A stretch of DNA of 56,517 nucleotides from Candidatus Nomurabacteria bacterium (GTDB taxonomy: Bacteria; Patescibacteriota; Minisyncoccia; Phycocordibacterales; UBA5272). Below, piece by piece: positions 8,716 to 16,572 of this stretch. The stretch covers positions 1-56,517 of the forward strand of contig JAQBRF010000002.1 of NCBI GenBank assembly GCA_028286645.1, written 5' to 3'. The position numbers and the translations under genes were made by a program. Below the pieces are notes generated by a model. The model worked only from the letters and a program-made list of their open reading frames with translations. It did no database searches and was not told the DNA's origin. Position 1 is the first letter of the stretch, and every line of letters begins with the position of its first letter.

Positions 8716-8988
8716 ATGAAGCTCTTTAAGATGATCTGGGAGACTATGAAAAAAGAAGGAGTACTGAGCGTAATGGCGCTGACATTCCTCCTCTGCGCTA
8801 CTGCCGCCACATTCGTGGGAAGTATTGGACTGCCTGCGATAATGACCGAAGAGCAAGCGGTTCGGTCTTATGCCGCCGATCCGAATGCCTACGGCTTGTG
8901 GACGATCATTCTCATCGTGTCCTTCGGCAGCCCGCTAGTCGTGGGAATTGCTATGACACTGTGGAAGCTGGCGTGGCCCTCAAAATAA
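8716..8988 (+). CDS. Small two-TM membrane protein (GC-rich islet)
   Basis: 90-aa ORF with hydrophobic segments VLSVMALTFLLCATAATFVGSIGL and LWTIILIVSFGSPLVVGIAMTLW. It has its own promoter, RBS and terminator. Confidence 0.5.
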   Translation: MKLFKMIWETMKKEGVLSVMALTFLLCATAATFVGSIGLPAIMTEEQAVRSYAADPNAYGLWTIILIVSFGSPLVVGIAMTLWKLAWPSK

Positions 8989-9016
8989 CAAGGATCTTCC
9001 ACTTCACAGTGCCACA

Positions 9017-9050
9017 GCCCGCGACTAACAACCGCGGGCGAATTTTATTT
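9017..9050 (+). terminator. Intrinsic terminator after 8716..8988
   Basis: GCCCGCG-actaacaac-CGCGGGC stem followed by gAATTTTATTT. A second hairpin (CCCGC-ctcg-GCGGG plus ATTTTCTTT) lies at 9096-9119. Confidence 0.65.
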
Positions 9051-9182
9051 ATATTACGTTTAATCCAAATCACCCAAACACGACCATCAATAACCCCCGC
9101 CTCGGCGGGATTTTCTTTACTTGTAATCTACAATTATATCAATAAAGTTTTTTCCTAGACTTTTATATAACAGTTTGACTAC

Positions 9183-9211
9183 TTGACATACTATAAGATA
9201 TATGATATAAT
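9183..9211 (+). promoter_or_regulatory. Consensus sigma70 promoter for 9265..9924
   Basis: TTGACA (9183-9188), 17-nt spacer, TATAAT (9206-9211). AAGGAG at 9252-9257 lies 7 nt before a GTG start. Confidence 0.7.
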
Positions 9212-9264
9212 AAAAGTAAGGGCTATCTCTAGCCATTCGCTGTTTAACATCAAGGAGAAGTCAC

Positions 9265-9924
9265 GTGGAAAAGACCGCCGGAATACTGGTAGTCGTATTT
9301 TTCTTCGGGGCACTCCTCTGGTATGCCCCTCTCATTCTCAACCGAATTGTTTCCCCGCCTCCCGCAACCTGGATCATAGGGTGCTCCGCCGTGACGCTTT
9401 CGGTGTGGTCCTATCACCATACCCCTGGTGCGAGCATCTTAGGAAATGTCGCGCTTTACGGCACGGCAACTTCCATGGTGATCACGCTTGGATTCATCGT
9501 CTTTGCGCTCGTAAGAGACAGAGAATGGAAAGTGTCATTCGACCCTTTCCAAAAGATGTGTCTGGTGATCATGGGGATCACTCTCGCGGTCTTTGTCTTC
9601 AATAAAGACCGCGCAGATGTCGCGTATTGGACCACCCAAGTATTACTGGTGGTGGCATACGCGGTGACCCTCGTGAAAGTCATAAAGCGCGGAGTCGCTT
9701 TTGACTCCATCGGCAACTGGGCACTCATTTTCATGGGGTCGGTTGCCGGGAGCCTGCCCGCAGTAATGAAACAGGATCCTGCGGGGATCGGAAACGTAGC
9801 ACGAGCGGTCATCTCAAGCGGGATCCTGCTTGCATGCCTCATCTGGTATGATCGCAAGACAGGGTTCAAACGCTGGAAAGAGGAGGTGGTGGCATTAAAA
9901 ACGTTTTACATACAAAACAAGTAA
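9265..9924 (+). CDS. Seven-TM integral membrane protein, unknown family (GC-rich islet, GTG start)
   Basis: 219-aa ORF at about 55% GC with about seven hydrophobic segments and a strong SD. The overlapping alternative-frame ORFs are judged to be GC-driven artefacts. Confidence 0.55.
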   Translation: MEKTAGILVVVFFFGALLWYAPLILNRIVSPPPATWIIGCSAVTLSVWSYHHTPGASILGNVALYGTATSMVITLGFIVFALVRDREWKVSFDPFQKMCLVIMGITLAVFVFNKDRADVAYWTTQVLLVVAYAVTLVKVIKRGVAFDSIGNWALIFMGSVAGSLPAVMKQDPAGIGNVARAVISSGILLACLIWYDRKTGFKRWKEEVVALKTFYIQNK

Positions 9925-9978
9925 GTCCCCTCGTGGTTATCCGCGTGGGGGCTTTATAATTTGCTATACTAATTCTTA

Positions 9979-11118
9979 ATGAAAATCTTAATCGTTGGAG
10001 CTGGAATTGCCGGACTCACCCTCGCCTCTTTTTTAAAAGAACACGAAGGATTCGATGTCGATATAATTGATAAAGCTCCAGACTGGTCACATTTAGGATT
10101 TACTATTGATATCTGGGATGTAGGGAGAAGAATACTCGCCCGACTTGATTTAGATGATGATTTCGACGATCTGTCACACCCTGTACATTCATATTATGTA
10201 GCAGACAAAAAACTAAACAATCGTATAGTACTCGAACATTTTGAAAAATTTTACAAGAAATACCCGTCGGTCTTATCACAAATTAATAGAAAGGACGTTC
10301 ATGCCATTCTGATAAAAAAGTCTGAATGTGACATAAGAATGAATTTAAGCATTGAATCGGTAAATGACGCGGGGGATAAGGTCCTGGTCACATTTTCAGA
10401 TAAATCTATAGAAAGCTATGACTTAGTAGTAGGAGCAGATGGAATACATTCCCAAATCCGCGAACTTATCTATCCTGATGTAAAGATTGAATACACTGGT
10501 GATCGAGGATGGTTTACTTGGATTGCGCAAAAGTATGTATCACCTCAAACCATCACTGAAATTTTAGGACCAAATACCATGTGCAGTTTATTCGATAACC
10601 CTAATCAGGCATGCGCATTCTTTACTGCAAAGGAAATTCCTGGAACGTTTTGTGACCCCTCAACTCGAATGGATCGACTAAAAAAACATTTTAAAGATTA
10701 TGGATCTCCGATTCCGGAAATACTTTCAGAACTTAAAGCGGAAGATTTAATGCCGACGGACATAGGCTTTATAAAAACTGACAAATGGATCAAAGGGCGA
10801 ATAATCATTATTGGGGACGCGGCTCACGCAATGGAGCCTTTCGCAGGAATAGGAGCATCTATGGCTATGGAAGACGCGTATGTACTCGCTGATGAGCTCA
10901 TACAAATACAATTAAAAGAAATCCCTAAAGCATTAGAAGCTTATAAAAAAAGAAGACTTCCTCGTATAAAATTGGCCCGCCACCAAACACGATTAAATTA
11001 TTATACAGATGTATCCAAAATTCCCGGGTTACACTTTCTGGAAAGAGTGCTTGCTCCATTTTTCTCCACTTCACATTTTACAAAAGGATATGCTAGGTTA
11101 TTAGAAACTGAACCATAA
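9979..11118 (+). CDS. FAD-dependent monooxygenase (UbiH/salicylate-hydroxylase-like)
   Basis: N-terminal dinucleotide fold KILIVGAGIAGLTLASFL, DLVVGADGIHS, and GDAAHAMEPFAGIGASMAMEDA. Confidence 0.8.
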   Translation: MKILIVGAGIAGLTLASFLKEHEGFDVDIIDKAPDWSHLGFTIDIWDVGRRILARLDLDDDFDDLSHPVHSYYVADKKLNNRIVLEHFEKFYKKYPSVLSQINRKDVHAILIKKSECDIRMNLSIESVNDAGDKVLVTFSDKSIESYDLVVGADGIHSQIRELIYPDVKIEYTGDRGWFTWIAQKYVSPQTITEILGPNTMCSLFDNPNQACAFFTAKEIPGTFCDPSTRMDRLKKHFKDYGSPIPEILSELKAEDLMPTDIGFIKTDKWIKGRIIIIGDAAHAMEPFAGIGASMAMEDAYVLADELIQIQLKEIPKALEAYKKRRLPRIKLARHQTRLNYYTDVSKIPGLHFLERVLAPFFSTSHFTKGYARLLETEP

Positions 11119-11122
11119 TTAT

Positions 11123-11422
11123 ATGCAATTAGAATATTTAATCTCATTACTTGTAGTACTACTAATATCATTTATTCTCCAAAATAAATTTAAGATTACC
11201 CTTTACAAAGATTCAAAGAAAAGATTCCTTTTACCTGCTTTATTTTTCTTTCTTTTCATTTTAGTAGACTCCTTTGCAATTTGGAGAGGTTATTGGGCTT
11301 TTCCATCAGAACATAATGTAGGATTAAAAATAGGATTAATGCCTATCGAAGATTATATTCTCGGATTAGTAATCCCTTATTTTGTATTAGTAATTTATAA
11401 TATCTCTTCTTCCAGAAAGTAA
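11123..11422 (+). CDS. Lycopene-cyclase-domain (CrtYc/Yd-type) small membrane protein
   Basis: 99 aa, 3 TM. VDSFAIWRGYWAFPSEHNVGLKIGLMPIEDYIL matches the FDN...G...Y......G..IG..PLEE pattern of heterodimeric lycopene cyclase subunits (from memory). Starts 4 nt after the monooxygenase gene. Confidence 0.55.
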   Translation: MQLEYLISLLVVLLISFILQNKFKITLYKDSKKRFLLPALFFFLFILVDSFAIWRGYWAFPSEHNVGLKIGLMPIEDYILGLVIPYFVLVIYNISSSRK

Positions 11423-11471
11423 TATTGTCCCGCTACGCTTTTTATGGTATTATTTACTAACTAAAACGACT

Positions 11472-11984
11472 TTGGCAGATAAAGTAAACATCAACAATAA
11501 TATACGCTCGCTTAAACTTCGTGTCATTGGACATATGGGAGAAAACTTAGGCGTACTTACCAAAGATGAGGCGCTAGCGAAAGCAAAGAGCCTAAACCTT
11601 GATCTAATAGAAGTCTCTCCTAACGCCGATCCTCCGGTAGCTAGAATCGCAGATTACGGAAAGTACACCTACGAAACATCTAAAAAGCTAAAAGATGTAA
11701 AAGCGAAATCCCATACCACTGAAACTAAAACCATCCAATTAAGCGTGGCGATCGGCGAAAATGACATTATGATTAAGGCTAAAAAGGCGGCGGAATGGAT
11801 GAAAGAAGGTCACAGAGTGAAAATAGACCTACAACTAAAAGGACGAGTAAAATATATGGATGAGAAATTTCTACGAGAGAGAATGGACCGGATCTTAGCT
11901 ATTATACCTACGGAATACAAAGTAGCCGAACCCTTAAAGAAGGTCCCCAAGTCTATGATGATCGTCCTAGAAAAGTCTAAATAG
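11472..11984 (+). CDS. infC: Translation initiation factor IF-3 (non-ATG TTG start)
   Basis: INNNIRSLKLRVIG...LDLIEVSPNADPPVARIADYGKY and the C-terminal domain KIDLQLKGR are typical IF-3. A non-canonical start codon is a known infC feature. Confidence 0.9.
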   Translation: MADKVNINNNIRSLKLRVIGHMGENLGVLTKDEALAKAKSLNLDLIEVSPNADPPVARIADYGKYTYETSKKLKDVKAKSHTTETKTIQLSVAIGENDIMIKAKKAAEWMKEGHRVKIDLQLKGRVKYMDEKFLRERMDRILAIIPTEYKVAEPLKKVPKSMMIVLEKSK

Positions 11985-11999
11985 TTTCTCGATAGGTTC

Positions 12000-12028
12000 T
12001 TGATTTCCTATATAAATCATGTTAGAAT
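12000..12028 (+). promoter_or_regulatory. Promoter of rpmI-rplT
   Basis: TTGATT (12000-12005), 17-nt spacer, TGtTAGAAT (12020-12028). A 32-nt leader carries GAGGA before the ATG. Confidence 0.55.
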
Positions 12029-12060
12029 ATCGAAACTAACTCGAATCTGCGAGGAAACGT

Positions 12061-12249
12061 ATGAAGACAAATAAATCATTCCTAAAAAGACTAAAGATCA
12101 CTAAAAATGGTAAAATCATTGGCCGAAAGCCAGGACTTAACCATTTTAATGCAAAAGCCTCACGAAGAAAGCAGCTTGCTGGTAAGCGTGGACAGGAGTT
12201 TGTAATGACAGGAAAAGAAAAGTCTCGTTTCCTACCAGGACTTCTATAG
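12061..12249 (+). CDS. rpmI: 50S ribosomal protein L35
   Basis: 62-aa basic protein (KTNKSFLKRLKITKNGKI...) in the conserved infC-rpmI-rplT order. Confidence 0.9.
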   Translation: MKTNKSFLKRLKITKNGKIIGRKPGLNHFNAKASRRKQLAGKRGQEFVMTGKEKSRFLPGLL

Positions 12250-12298
12250 GAATTCTGTATCTACCAATAACTAATCACTACCAACTAATAACTATCTT

Positions 12299-12646
12299 AT
12301 GGCACGAGTAAAAAGAAGCAAAATAGCAATGAAGCATCGCCGGAACGTTTTAAGTCAGGCGAAGGGATTTAGATTTGGAAGAAGCAAGAAAGAAATTGAA
12401 GCTAAAGTTGCTTTAAGAAAGGCGGGAGCCCATGCATTCGCTCACAGAAGAGATAAAAAGAATGACATGAGAAGACTTTGGACGGTTCGCCTAAACGCAG
12501 GATTACGAGCAGAAGGAATGACATACAGCACATTTATCGGTACACTTTCAAAGAAAGGAATGACCATAAACAGAAAAGTGCTTTCAGAAATCGCAGCGCA
12601 GCATCCAGAAACATTTAAGAGAGTGCTAGAGCAAGTAAAAGCATAG
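12299..12646 (+). CDS. rplT: 50S ribosomal protein L20
   Basis: MARVKRSKIAMKHRRNVLSQAKGFRFGRS...RRDKKNDMRRLW is typical of L20. Confidence 0.95.
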   Translation: MARVKRSKIAMKHRRNVLSQAKGFRFGRSKKEIEAKVALRKAGAHAFAHRRDKKNDMRRLWTVRLNAGLRAEGMTYSTFIGTLSKKGMTINRKVLSEIAAQHPETFKRVLEQVKA

Positions 12647-12684
12647 GCACAAGACCACTGAGAGATGTCAGATTATAGACAAGT

Positions 12685-12715
12685 AAAAAGAGCGCCTAGG
12701 TGCTCTTTTTACTTT
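12685..12715 (+). terminator. Intrinsic terminator after rplT
   Basis: AAAAAGAGC-gcctaggt-GCTCTTTTT followed by ACTTTT. Confidence 0.7.
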
Positions 12716-12772
12716 TGATTATTAAATCTGAAATCTGTTTTTCTAATATCTGCTATCTAATTTCTATCTAAC

Positions 12773-13348
12773 TTATAGCCTTATCTCCCTTCCGTTTCCT
12801 TCTTCTTGCTTTCTAACCATTGCAATTAATCTTTCTACTAGCTTTTTCGGATCTTTCTCGAAAATTACATTTGGATTTACTCTATTGCTGCTTTTGATTA
12901 TATTTTTAATAACCTCATCTGTAGCCCATTCTCCTTCTACTATTCCTAAGGGCATATTTGCCTCCCAGGCAACGGTAAATTCATGAATAGTCCCAATACG
13001 CCCACAGCCTATTATCATGGCGTCTGAGGACCTTACAAGCATTAAATCGCGCCCTGGGAATCCGAATCCTGTATAAACTACAGCGTCAAGTGCCTTTAAG
13101 GGAAGCCTGTATACTTCTTCGTGCTCTTTCTTACTTGCTGCAGGAGATAGACCAAATGAAAATCCTCCAGCTTCTTTCGCTCCTTCTGCAGAATACATAG
13201 GAAACCCTGATGTAGCACCCGTCATGATCTGCGCTCCTTGTCGCGCTATCTCTCTTCCTATTTCTTTAGCTATCGGTATGACTGATGGTCCGCAATGCGC
13301 AATTTCTGCTGCGCCGGAAACACCGATTGTAATTCTTTGAGCTTTCAT
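12773..13348 (-). CDS. TIGR00725/LOG-family (SLOG, lysine-decarboxylase-like) protein
   Basis: ITIGVSGAAE...IMTGATSGFPMYSAEGAKEAGG...VYTGFGFPGRDLMLVRSSDAMIIGCGRIGTIHEF fits the LOG-like Rossmann pattern (by eye). Confidence 0.55.
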   Translation of the reverse strand: MKAQRITIGVSGAAEIAHCGPSVIPIAKEIGREIARQGAQIMTGATSGFPMYSAEGAKEAGGFSFGLSPAASKKEHEEVYRLPLKALDAVVYTGFGFPGRDLMLVRSSDAMIIGCGRIGTIHEFTVAWEANMPLGIVEGEWATDEVIKNIIKSSNRVNPNVIFEKDPKKLVERLIAMVRKQEEGNGREIRL

Positions 13349-13477
13349 TATTTAGATAGTATATAGGGTATAGCGTGTAGCGGATAGTGGAAACATAACA
13401 AAATAAATGACTAAATTAAAAAGATTAATAGAAAGAGATGTAAAATAAATTAATGTCTGTATTCTATCATCTGAAAT

Positions 13478-14851
13478 CTATCCCAGTTCTACGGCATCCC
13501 CTCTTTCTGGAATTACTATATCTAATCCATATTCTTCATGAAGTCTTTGACCTAAGAAAAACGAACTCTTCGGCTCTCCTAAAACTATAAAAACTTTCTT
13601 TAACGATTTTGCAATAGAACTGACAAAGGCTACTAGATTATCACTATCTTTGTGTGCAGAAAATCCATGTATATTTACTAATCTCGCATTAACTTTCACC
13701 GGCATATTATGTATCATCACTTCTTTTGCGCCATCTACAATTCTCCTTCCGAGAGTATTTACGCTTTGATAGCCTACGATAATAATCGTACTATTTGGGT
13801 CTGGAAGATATTTAGCTTCATGGAAAAGAATTCTTCCTCCGTTACTCATTCCGCTCCCCGCGATAATTACTTTTGGGCGAGAGTCGCTAGCGATTCCTCT
13901 ACTCTCATCCGGGGATAAAGTTTGGACCAGGCCTTTAAATGCAAAGATGTCATCTCCGCTTTTTATTATCTCTTTTACATTTTCATTAAACCAGCTTTCG
14001 TACTTTTTATACACGCGGGTAATGTTAATTCCAAGCGGCGAGTCTAAATAAACTGGAACCTCTGGTATTTGTTTACTTTCTACTAATTCATTAAACGCAA
14101 GCAAGATTTCTTGAGTACGCTCAATAGAAAAGGCGGGGATAAGCACTGTGCCTCCTTTATTTATCGTAGATACTACTGCCTCTTTAAAGATTTCTATTCT
14201 TTTATCTTTGTCTTTGTGATTCCGGTCTCCGTAAACGCTTTCCATAACTAAATAATCTATATCTTTTAGTTCTGTAGTGTCTTTCATCAAAGGCGATGGA
14301 GTATTTCCGAGATCCCCGGTAAAGGCAATTTTCTCTCCTTTGTAAGAAATTTCAATAATAGCTCCGCCCAAAATATGTCCAGAATCATGAAAAGTAACAA
14401 TTGCATCTTCATCCTTTGTCTTAAATATAAAAGGCTTTTCATATTCTAATGCAATGCTCCATAAATGAATGGCTTGAAGTACGTCCTTTTCTTCATACAA
14501 AGGAGGCTCTCCTGTATGCATAGCTTCTTTGCCTAATACTCCCATGGAATCAAGCATGATAAGCTCGGCAATTTCACGAGTGGGTTCGGTACTTGCGATA
14601 ATACCCTTAAAGCCCGCCTTTACTAATACAGGAATACGTCCAACATGGTCTAAATGCCCATGTGTTACAAAAAGCATATCAACGCTGGAGGTGTCGTATT
14701 TAAATGATTCACGATTCATGGGGATAGAATACTTCTCTCCCTGGACCAGTCCGCAATCAATTAAAACTTTCTTTCCGCCAAATTCCACAAGAAAATTTGA
14801 TCCCGTAGGCATCTGTGCCCCTCCATAAAAAGTAATTTTGAAAACTGACAT
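13478..14851 (-). CDS. MBL-fold beta-CASP family RNA-metabolising hydrolase
   Basis: HGHLDHVG metallo-beta-lactamase motif, a later DSGH, and a beta-CASP-like C-terminal part ending FSAHKD. Start placed at Met11 (14851), one nt after the stop of the upstream gene; the listed ORF extends to 14881. Confidence 0.75.
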   Translation of the reverse strand: MSVFKITFYGGAQMPTGSNFLVEFGGKKVLIDCGLVQGEKYSIPMNRESFKYDTSSVDMLFVTHGHLDHVGRIPVLVKAGFKGIIASTEPTREIAELIMLDSMGVLGKEAMHTGEPPLYEEKDVLQAIHLWSIALEYEKPFIFKTKDEDAIVTFHDSGHILGGAIIEISYKGEKIAFTGDLGNTPSPLMKDTTELKDIDYLVMESVYGDRNHKDKDKRIEIFKEAVVSTINKGGTVLIPAFSIERTQEILLAFNELVESKQIPEVPVYLDSPLGINITRVYKKYESWFNENVKEIIKSGDDIFAFKGLVQTLSPDESRGIASDSRPKVIIAGSGMSNGGRILFHEAKYLPDPNSTIIIVGYQSVNTLGRRIVDGAKEVMIHNMPVKVNARLVNIHGFSAHKDSDNLVAFVSSIAKSLKKVFIVLGEPKSSFFLGQRLHEEYGLDIVIPERGDAVELG

Positions 14852-14852
14852 A

Positions 14853-15209
14853 TTATCTTTTCGCAAATAAATAAAGCACACTCATGCCGATAAATCCGTC
14901 GATCGTATCTTTTATAGTATCGAACCATCCATTCCAAACTCTACCCAAAAGCATGTCATGGATGTATTCGTATGCCTCCCATATAATAGCTACAACTATA
15001 TATGCTACAAACAATTTCCAAAATGAAACCTTTACACCATTATATGCAAGTAGCGAAGCGGTGAGGGCGGCCACACCCAATCCTCCTAAAATATGCATTG
15101 GTATGTCTAACCATTTTATTTCGTAGTACAAATGGGTTGGGTCAAATATAAACTGTGATATGGAGAAAAGGATAATCAGATAAAGAGCGGACAGGATAAT
15201 ATTTTTCAT
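14853..15209 (-). CDS. Small integral membrane protein (about 4 TM)
   Basis: 118-aa hydrophobic ORF with a TGTACACT box 6 nt before the ATG. No family recognised. Confidence 0.45.
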   Translation of the reverse strand: MKNIILSALYLIILFSISQFIFDPTHLYYEIKWLDIPMHILGGLGVAALTASLLAYNGVKVSFWKLFVAYIVVAIIWEAYEYIHDMLLGRVWNGWFDTIKDTIDGFIGMSVLYLFAKR

Positions 15210-15270
15210 ATCTCCAGTGTACAGTTTTAAGCTGTTAGTTTCCAGCTATATCACTTTATTAATGGCAGAG

Positions 15271-15298
15271 AAAAAAGCAAACTTTCGTTTGCTTTTTT
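15271..15298 (-). terminator. Intrinsic terminator (bidirectional-looking)
   Basis: AAAAAAGCAAAC-tttc-GTTTGCTTTTTT is a perfect stem flanked by A and T runs. Confidence 0.7.
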
Positions 15299-15300
15299 CT

Positions 15301-15400
15301 CGTGGGCCCCTAGGACATCTTCCTGAACTTTATTGTCAGGTGGGTAGGAAAAGGTGAGGCCTACTGGCATTCACCCAATATTCCATGACCCGAAGATGTA
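15301..15400. other. GC-enriched rod-like structured intergenic segment, unknown class
   Basis: ACATCTTC (15315-15322) pairs with GAAGATGT (15392-15399). Nested helices are CCTGA/TCAGG, GTGGGT/ACCCA and GGTGA/TCACC. It sits between the pyrophosphatase-like gene and the terminator. Confidence 0.3.
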
Positions 15401-15491
15401 TTAAGCAGAAAAATACCTAGAAACCCTATTTCCAGTAAATCAGATTGTTCTTTTTTTGTAAAGGAATTAGAGAAAAGCTAGAGAAATTGGG

Positions 15492-15869
15492 CTATCTTAA
15501 TATTACTGTATCAAAATATTGCTCTTGGAATTTAATAGCCCCCATTATTTCTTCATTTGTCAGAGTAACACCTTCAGGAACAACAATTAACTTATCGTCA
15601 TCATTATCTCTTCTATGTGCAATAGCAATGCATATTCCGTCTGCCTTATCTAAAGGTTTATTTATTCCTAAAAAATAGGCGTCTAACTCTTCTCCATCGG
15701 GAGCTTTTGTGCCTGGGATAAATCCATAATTAACTTCATACACAAATCCGTGTTTAGGATGGTTAGTCCCTAATGGTCTATCCATAACCACAGCCACATT
15801 TTCCCCAAGATATTGTTTTGCCATTCCTAGAGACTTAGACTCTTGAATAGGCAGTTTGTTATTTGCCAT
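15492..15869 (-). CDS. Inorganic-pyrophosphatase-like small protein
   Basis: 125 aa. YGFIPGTKAPDGEELDAYFLG and RRDNDDDKLIVV resemble the DGDPxD/acidic clusters of family I PPases. Weak call made by eye. Confidence 0.4.
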   Translation of the reverse strand: MANNKLPIQESKSLGMAKQYLGENVAVVMDRPLGTNHPKHGFVYEVNYGFIPGTKAPDGEELDAYFLGINKPLDKADGICIAIAHRRDNDDDKLIVVPEGVTLTNEEIMGAIKFQEQYFDTVILR

Positions 15870-15880
15870 CTAACTAATTA

Positions 15881-16504
15881 CTATTCTAACGCCCCATCAA
15901 GGTTTACATCATAAAGAATTTCTTCTTGAACCAATCTATAGTTGATGATTTCCTCCGGCTTAAACCAGATATCTATTTCTCTTTGAGCCTCTACCTGATC
16001 TCCATCTGTGCAATGAAGTAAATTTCTCATAGCGCGGGATTCTTCCACATCACAAAGAAAGTAAGAATCAAAAGTATAATCTCCGCGAATAGTTCCTACA
16101 TCTGAATTCACCGGGTCTGTGGCCCCTGTGAGTTTTTTCACAACCTGCACCACATGAGCTCCTTCCCAAATCATAGCCACTACAGGACCCGAAGTCATAT
16201 ATTTGACTATCGCTCGTATAATGTCCCTTCCGTATTCAATAGGCTCTTTATCTAAAGGCAGATTAAGAGTTTTTCTGTTTTCGTAGATTCCCGTCCCCTT
16301 TTTAAGAAACCATGCATCATCTTTTTTATAATGAGCCCAGCATTGTTCTTCCGTCACATTAATGAACTTCATCGCCACAAGCTTTACCCCCACTCTTTCA
16401 AAGCGGGAAATAATCTCTCCCATTAAGGATCTCTGTACTCCGTCTGGCTTAATCAATACTAATGTTCTTTCTTTTTTTGGATGAGCGTGTGTAGTTGGTT
16501 GCAT
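15881..16504 (-). CDS. ndk: Nucleoside diphosphate kinase (expanded, 207 aa)
   Basis: ERTLVLIKPDGVQRSLMGEIISRFERVGVKLVAMKF, SGPVVAMIWEG, GTIRGDY and the active-site His in NLLHCTDG. Contains insertions and a C-terminal extension relative to the usual ~140-aa enzyme. Confidence 0.8.
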   Translation of the reverse strand: MQPTTHAHPKKERTLVLIKPDGVQRSLMGEIISRFERVGVKLVAMKFINVTEEQCWAHYKKDDAWFLKKGTGIYENRKTLNLPLDKEPIEYGRDIIRAIVKYMTSGPVVAMIWEGAHVVQVVKKLTGATDPVNSDVGTIRGDYTFDSYFLCDVEESRAMRNLLHCTDGDQVEAQREIDIWFKPEEIINYRLVQEEILYDVNLDGALE

Positions 16505-16572
16505 ACTTTTAACAAATTTAAAATAATCTATAGATCATAACATAAAAACTGTAGTTTTTAACCTCTAGTTAT

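Noticed and set aside
8898-9869. Overlapping ORFs 8898..9158, 9183..9605 and 9456..9869 in the tmRNA-adjacent islet
   Set aside because: High GC suppresses stop codons in alternative frames. These ORFs overlap terminators and promoters or the better-supported 9265..9924 membrane ORF, which has a consensus promoter and SD.
8360-9960. Prophage or integrative element inserted at tmRNA
   Set aside because: There is no integrase, excisionase, phage gene or direct repeat of the tmRNA 3' end. Only a composition shift and two membrane genes are present, so it is reported as a GC-rich islet instead.
15301-15400. Possible SRP (4.5S) RNA
   Set aside because: The rod-like fold and a GTCAGGT...GGAA string are suggestive. 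But no hairpin presents a GGAA/GNRA tetraloop with the conserved AGCA/GGCA loops on either strand, so the call is not supported.
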